From: Macrostomum lignano
Lineage: Eukaryota
Direction of reading: 5' to 3'
Assembly: GCA_002269645.1 (NCBI GenBank)
Contig: NIVC01004677.1
Location: 1 to 38,418, forward strand
DNA length: 38,418 nt
The stretch's first letter is position 1. Each line of letters opens with the position of its first letter. Positions 33,501-38,418 of the stretch are shown piece by piece. The position numbers were made by a program, and so were the translations under genes. The notes beneath the pieces were generated by a model. It searched no databases. It saw only the letters and a list, made by a program, of their open reading frames with translations, and was not told the origin of the DNA.

Positions 33501-35467
33501 GTGCCATAGACACAACCAATCCTGCACACCCGGAGAGATCTGTGCCATAGACACAACCAATCCTGCACACCCGGAGAGATCTGTGCCATAGACACAACCA
33601 ATCCTGCACACCCGGAGAGATCTGTGCCATAGACACAACCAATCCTGCACACCCGGAGAGATCTGTGCCATAGACACAACCAATCCTGCACACCCGGAGA
33701 GATCTGTGCCATAGACACAACCAATCCTGAACACAGAAAAAAACTTACATCTTCGGTAGCAAAATCTAATTCAGCAGTTTAAATTTCTGCCTCAACAGAA
33801 CAGCTCACAGCTAATGGGACCATGACTGCTCCGCCGCCGACGACTGCCCATACGACTACGACCGCCCCACCGCCAACGACATCGACAAATTCGACGACAG
33901 CGGCCAGCACGGCCAGCCCGGCCACAACTCGCACCTCAGCAGCCACAACCGCCCAGTCTACCAGTGCATCCACCACCAGTGCATCCACCACCAGCGCATC
34001 CACCACCAGTGCATCCACCACCAGTGCATCCACCACTGCCAAGCCCAGCCCGACAACAACTACTTCTACTACTAGTACTACAACTACTACGTCTACGACT
34101 ACAACTACAACTACCACGGCGGCCACAACTACAGCTAAGAAGAAGCCAAAGCGACTGTGCAAGTTTCCGTTCTGGCATCGGAACGAGTGGCAGCACGAGT
34201 GCATGCCATACGGCTCCAAGGGCGCGCACTGGTGCTCGCTGACTCGGAACTTCACTAGGGATGAGGAGTGGCGAGACTGCGCTAGTGAGCTGGGATTGAG
34301 AGCTGGGATTATTAGGATTGAGAACTGGGATTATTAGGATTGGGAACTGGGATTATTAGGATTGGGAACTGGGATTACTAGGATTGGGAACTGGGATTTC
34401 CGGGATTGGGAACTGGATGACTGGGATTGGGAAGTGGGATTACTGGGATTGGGAAGTGGGATTACTGGGATAACTGGGATTGGGAAGTGGGATTACTGGG
34501 ATTGGGAAGTGGGATTACTGGGATTACTGGGATTGGGAAGTGGGATTACTGAGATTGGGAAGTGGGATTACTGAGATTGGGAAGGGGGATTACTGGGATT
34601 GGGAAGTGGGATTACTGGGATTACTGGGATTGGGAAGTGGGATTACTGAGATTGGGAAGTGGGATTACTGAGATTGGGAAGGGGGATTACTGGGATTGGG
34701 AAGTGGGATTACTGGGATTGGGAAGTGGGATGACTGGGATTGGGAGTGGGATTACTGGGATTACTGGGATTGGGAAGTGGGATTACTGGGATTACTGAGA
34801 TTGGGAAGTGGGATTACTGGGATTGGGAAGTGGAATTACTGGGATTGGGAAGTGGGATTACTGGGATTGGGAAGTGGGATTACTGGGATTGGGAAGTGGG
34901 ATTATTATGATTAGGAATGTGACTGAGAAGTTTGATTTCTGAAGTCCGGAGCTATTAAAGCGCCATCAGAAATATTTCAAACCTGCAGGATACGACCTGA
35001 TGCGGTACAAGTGCTCTGTGCCATTCCACCACGCGGGCAAGACGCACACCGAGTGCCAGCCGCTGCAGCTGGAGCCACTGGCCCGGCGAATCTTCTGGTG
35101 CTCCCTGGTGCCCAGCATCTCCAGCGTCACCTGGGCGAACCTCGGCACCGACTGGACCTTCTGCGAGGCGGCCAACGCCACCGGCCCCGACTACCTGAAA
35201 TCCGTGGCCGGCTATCGTAGCCAGGCCGACGCCCAGATTCACGGTAACCATGGCAACAAGAATGACACAACTATGGCGAAACTTATTGAGCACGCTGTGC
35301 AGCAGGCGGGCGACTCAAAATCGGCGAATTCCGATGGCGACTCCACCGGAAGTGGCGGAGCCGCAGCCGCCACGCCGAGCTCCGTGCTGGGCGTCGCTCT
35401 GGGCATCGTTGGTCTGATCTTGGCCGCTGTGGCCGTGGCGGCCGCCTTTGCCGTGCACAGGAGGTAA
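30548..35467 (+). CDS. Predicted type-I membrane glycoprotein: signal peptide, Thr-rich mucin stalk, two fibronectin type II (FN2) domains, linker, TM; about 341 aa; exons 30548-30608, 33799-34284, 34989-35467
   Basis: Exon 1 encodes MNLTALTTVCILFLIAVHHT with a strong donor (G|GTATGT, phase 1). Exon 2 has a Thr/Ser/Ala run (TTSAS repeats) then CKFPFWHRNEWQHECMPYGSKGAHWCSLTRNFTRDEEWRDC. Exon 3 has CSVPFHHAGKTHTEC..FWCSLVP..DWTFC, then the hydrophobic VLGVALGIVGLILAAVAVAAAFAV-HRR*. Both introns are phase 1 and GT-AG. The exon-2 acceptor could alternatively be 12 nt downstream (exon start 33811). Confidence 0.8.
30672..33729. repeat. 41-bp minisatellite (GCCATAGACACAACCAATCCTGCACACCCGGAGAGATCTGT), about 75 copies, filling intron 1 of the FN2 gene
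   Basis: Direct periodicity; all minus-strand QDWLCLWH ORFs are artefacts. Confidence 0.97.
34290..34915. repeat. G-rich satellite (GGGATTACTGGGATTGGGAAGT modules) filling intron 2 of the FN2 gene
   Basis: Direct inspection. Confidence 0.9.
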
Positions 35468-35559
35468 TTCAGGGGGGTGAGAAACTGTCTCTGATGTGAT
35501 AAGCGCCTTGAGATTTTCTAACTCTTTACTTCAGTGATTAGAGGTCCGCATTTCATGCT

Positions 35560-35930
35560 TCACCATTCACAATTCACGATTCACGATTCACACTTTATCA
35601 TTCACAATTCACGATTCACGATTCACGCTTTATCATTCACGAATCAAGATTCCCGATTCACGATTCACAACTCACGGTTCACGATTCATGATTCACGATT
35701 CACGCTTTACCATTCGCGATTCACGATTCACGCTTCATGATTTGTGATTCACAATTCACACTATACTATTCGTGATTCACGATTCACGCTTTATAATTCA
35801 CGACTCACGATTCATGGTTCACGATTCATGATTCACGATTCACGCTTTACCATTCGCGATTCGTGATTCGTGCTTTAAGATTCACGATTCATAATTCACA
35901 ACTCAAGATTCTCGATTCACGCTTCGTATT
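35560..35930. repeat. Degenerate 7-mer satellite (ATTCACG)n
   Basis: Direct inspection. Confidence 0.85.
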
Positions 35931-36344
35931 CTTAAATTATTGCACGATCTCAGTTCGCCACTTCACACGCTTTTTAAACTACTGTCGAGCTTCATAGTAG
36001 TCTGAAAGGGTTTTTAATTGAAGAATCAAGCTGGGTAAGAATAATTGCTATTAAACGAGCAATCCACCGGGCCCATTCCAGAAATCACACGTTTACTAAT
36101 CATTGAAACTTCATGCTTATAATTATGATCAAACAATACAATTTAAACAGCTCATGCTGCGTGTACGGCATTAACTTAAAATCTGATCGCTTGTGAGCTT
36201 GCCGATCACCATCCAGGGCGCGGGTTTTATTGTTTGATTTTTGAAGTGATTTCATTCAAGAAAGAATTATTCTGCGTCTGCCCATTCAGTGATAAAAATT
36301 AGAGAACTCATTGTGCTTTTCTGTGAATGGATCATCTCAGTGTA

Positions 36345-36657
36345 TTCTCCCTAGATATTAGTCCAGTCTCACTAGATTTCAGTCCAATTCTCACTAGATT
36401 TCAGTCTAGTCTCACTAGATTTCAGTCCAGTCTCACTAAATCTCAGTCTAGTCTCACTAGATCTCATTTCAGTCTCACTAGATCTCAGTCCAGTCTCACA
36501 CTTAGATCTTAGTCCAGTCTCACTCGATCTCAGTAATCTCATTCCAGTCTCACTAGATCTCAGTCCAGTCTCACACTTAGATCTTAGTCCAGTCTCACTA
36601 GATCTCAGTAATCTCAGTCCAGTATCACTAGATCTCAGTACAGTCTCGCTAGATCTC
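36345..36657. repeat. Degenerate ~21-bp minisatellite (TCTCACTAGATCTCAGTCCAG)
   Basis: Direct inspection. Confidence 0.85.
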
Positions 36658-37425
36658 TGGGCTCTGAGTGTCTGTGATGACGAATGTCACTCAATTGTGA
36701 TCAGGCGATATTTCGGTTGCTTGCATAATTTCAATGTACTTCAGTCAAGTTATAAGAAACTTTTATGTATTACTCTACTAATAGTAGAAAGGAAATACGT
36801 TACCAATAAAATCATTAAAATGTTTATTACATCTGCTGCCCTGGAAAAATTAGCAGGTCTTAATCACTTCACTACATAAGGGTTGCAACTTTCTTAGTCA
36901 TTTCTTATAGTTCATCTGCACTCGTCTCTGTTTACTGTTTTCTCTCCCTCTCTGTCCAGTTCAATCTTGTCATTCTTATCTCTCCCATTGCTGCCTTCTG
37001 ATTGGCTGTTCAATCTCGCCTCTTTCCTTAGTCGCGCACTTCACTCCACCCCTCCTTTTCCTATTTGCACTCAACCCCCCAGTTAATGTCTTTTAAATGT
37101 ACCTGTTTAAGTTCATCGCCCTACTTACTGTTTGGTTTCAACTCTAATCGAAAAGTTTTCCTAAATAAAATTTCATCACACAGAGCTGTCAGTTGAAGCA
37201 AAAGCTCGAAAACTCGATGAAAGTGTAGCGTTTACTAAAGGTTATTTTGTTTGTGGAGTTAAATTGCCGCGATATTTCTGAACCATAGGACATCGTGACA
37301 GCCAACATCCGGTTACCGGAAAGACCAACCGAAAAATGATTCCAGCGATCAACCTCTCTATTCTGACAGTATAAAATCAACAGTATTCACAATTGCAGCC
37401 AGTTCCCGGACAAGCATCTCCAATT

Positions 37426-38418
37426 ATGCTGCTAGTAGTTCAACTGTTTCTGCTGTGCTGCTGAATCTGCAGGTGCAGGCATCAGAGTCGTCCAACAACA
37501 GAGCGATGCGAACCAATCGCAGTTCCAATGTGTCAGGGGCTTGGCTACAATTTTACCACCAGACGCATAGTCTGATGGGCAGTGACCAAGAAGAGATTGG
37601 CCTTAATCTGCACTCATTCAGGCCGCTGGTCCAGGTTGGATGCTCAAAGGACCTGAAATTCTTTCTCTGCTCTGCCGCACTTCCGATGTGCGCACCGAGT
37701 TACGCGCGGCCAATTGGTCCATGCCGTCATCTGTGTAAGAGAGCTCGGCGAGGCTGCCGACCCTTGATGCGGAAGTACGGATTCGACTGGCCAAGTATGC
37801 TCAGTGCAGTCGCTTCCCGGATGCTGGAGGAAACAGACTGTGTTTGGGGACCTGGATAGCGGTGGCGGTAGCTTCGGAAGCGGAAGCGCCGACCGAGATG
37901 GGAGCGGAAGCGCCGACCGAGATGGGAGCGAAGCGCCGACCGAGATGGGAGCGGAAGCGCCGACCGAGATGGGAGCGGAAGCGCCGACCGAGATGGGAGC
38001 GGAAGCGGCGACCGAGATGGGAGCGGAAGCGCCGACCGAGATGGGAGCGGAAGCGCCGACCGAGATGGGAGCGGAAGCGGCGACCGAGATGGGAGCGGAA
38101 GCGCCGACCGAGATGGGAGCGGAAGCGGCGACCGAGACGGAAGCGGAAGCGGCGACGAGACGGAAGCGGAAGCGGCGACCGAGACGGAAGCGGAAGCGCC
38201 GACCGAGATGGGAGCGGAAGCGCCGACCGAGATGGGAGCGGAAGCGCCGACCGAGATGGGAGCGGAAGCGCCGACCGAGATGGGAGCGGAAGCGCCGACC
38301 GAGATGGGAGCGGAAGCGCCGACCGAGATGGGAGCGGAAGCGCCGACCGAGATGGGAGCGGAAGCGCCGACCGAGTATGGGAGCGGCAAGCGCGACCGAG
38401 ATGAGAGCGGAAGCGGCG
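37426..38418 (+). CDS. Frizzled-family cysteine-rich domain protein (Frizzled receptor or sFRP-like), 3'-partial, with several apparent frameshifts
   Basis: Frame-joined reading: signal-like MLLVVQLFL/VLLNLQVQAS; ERCEPIAVPMCQGLGYNFT; DQEEIGLNLHSFRPLVQVGCSKDLKFFLCSAALPMC..PIGPCRHLCKRARRGCRPLMRKYGFDWPSML; CSRFPDAGGNRLC. All ten CRD cysteines are present. Indels are needed near 37453, 37500, 37562, 37803 and 37848. No 7TM region lies within the window. Confidence 0.8.
37877..38418 (+). repeat. 24-bp tandem repeat (GGGAGCGGAAGCGCCGACCGAGAT), about 22 copies, probably coding GSGSADRD
   Basis: Direct periodicity; runs to the window end. Confidence 0.9.

Noticed and set aside
30672-33729. CRISPR array (also considered for the 28-, 31- and 47-bp arrays)
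   Set aside because: Head-to-tail tandem units with no unique spacers, no cas genes, and a eukaryotic intron context.
30303-33812. 12-bp direct repeat CAGCTCACAGCT (30303 and 33801) as a target-site duplication around the 41-bp array
   Set aside because: The signal-peptide exon with a strong donor lies between the copies and splices in phase to exon 2, so the interval is not an insertion; likely coincidence.
34290-34915. Interstitial telomeric repeat
   Set aside because: GGGATT is the reverse, not the complement or a permutation, of TTAGGG, and the units are interrupted by ACT/AAGT.

Overview
Eukaryotic genomic DNA with spliceosomal introns. It is probably the flatworm Macrostomum lignano or a close relative; this is inferred from gene style and minisatellite-filled introns, not proven. 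Five protein-coding loci lie on the + strand: (1) the 3' part of proteasome ATPase Rpt4/PSMC6; (2) a complete 8-exon TRIM9-like E3 ligase that lacks B-box1; (3) a 2-exon divergent DEG/ENaC channel; (4) a 3-exon predicted type-I surface protein with signal peptide, Thr-rich mucin stalk, two FN2 domains and a TM helix; (5) a Frizzled-type CRD gene running off the end through a 24-bp repeat that is probably coding. Mobile DNA comprises a decayed Penelope-like element (RT + GIY-YIG) in the Rpt4 intron and a tRNA-derived V-type SINE in TRIM9 intron 1. About 40% of the window (hand sum) consists of about 24 tandem-repeat arrays, and several introns are essentially one array between short splice flanks. 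A foldback-like inverted satellite structure lies at 27.0-29.7 kb. Frameshifts in host genes occur only in the first 0.5 kb and last 1 kb, which suggests consensus errors at contig ends. All exon models were read by hand and compared with family sequences from memory; no searches were run.
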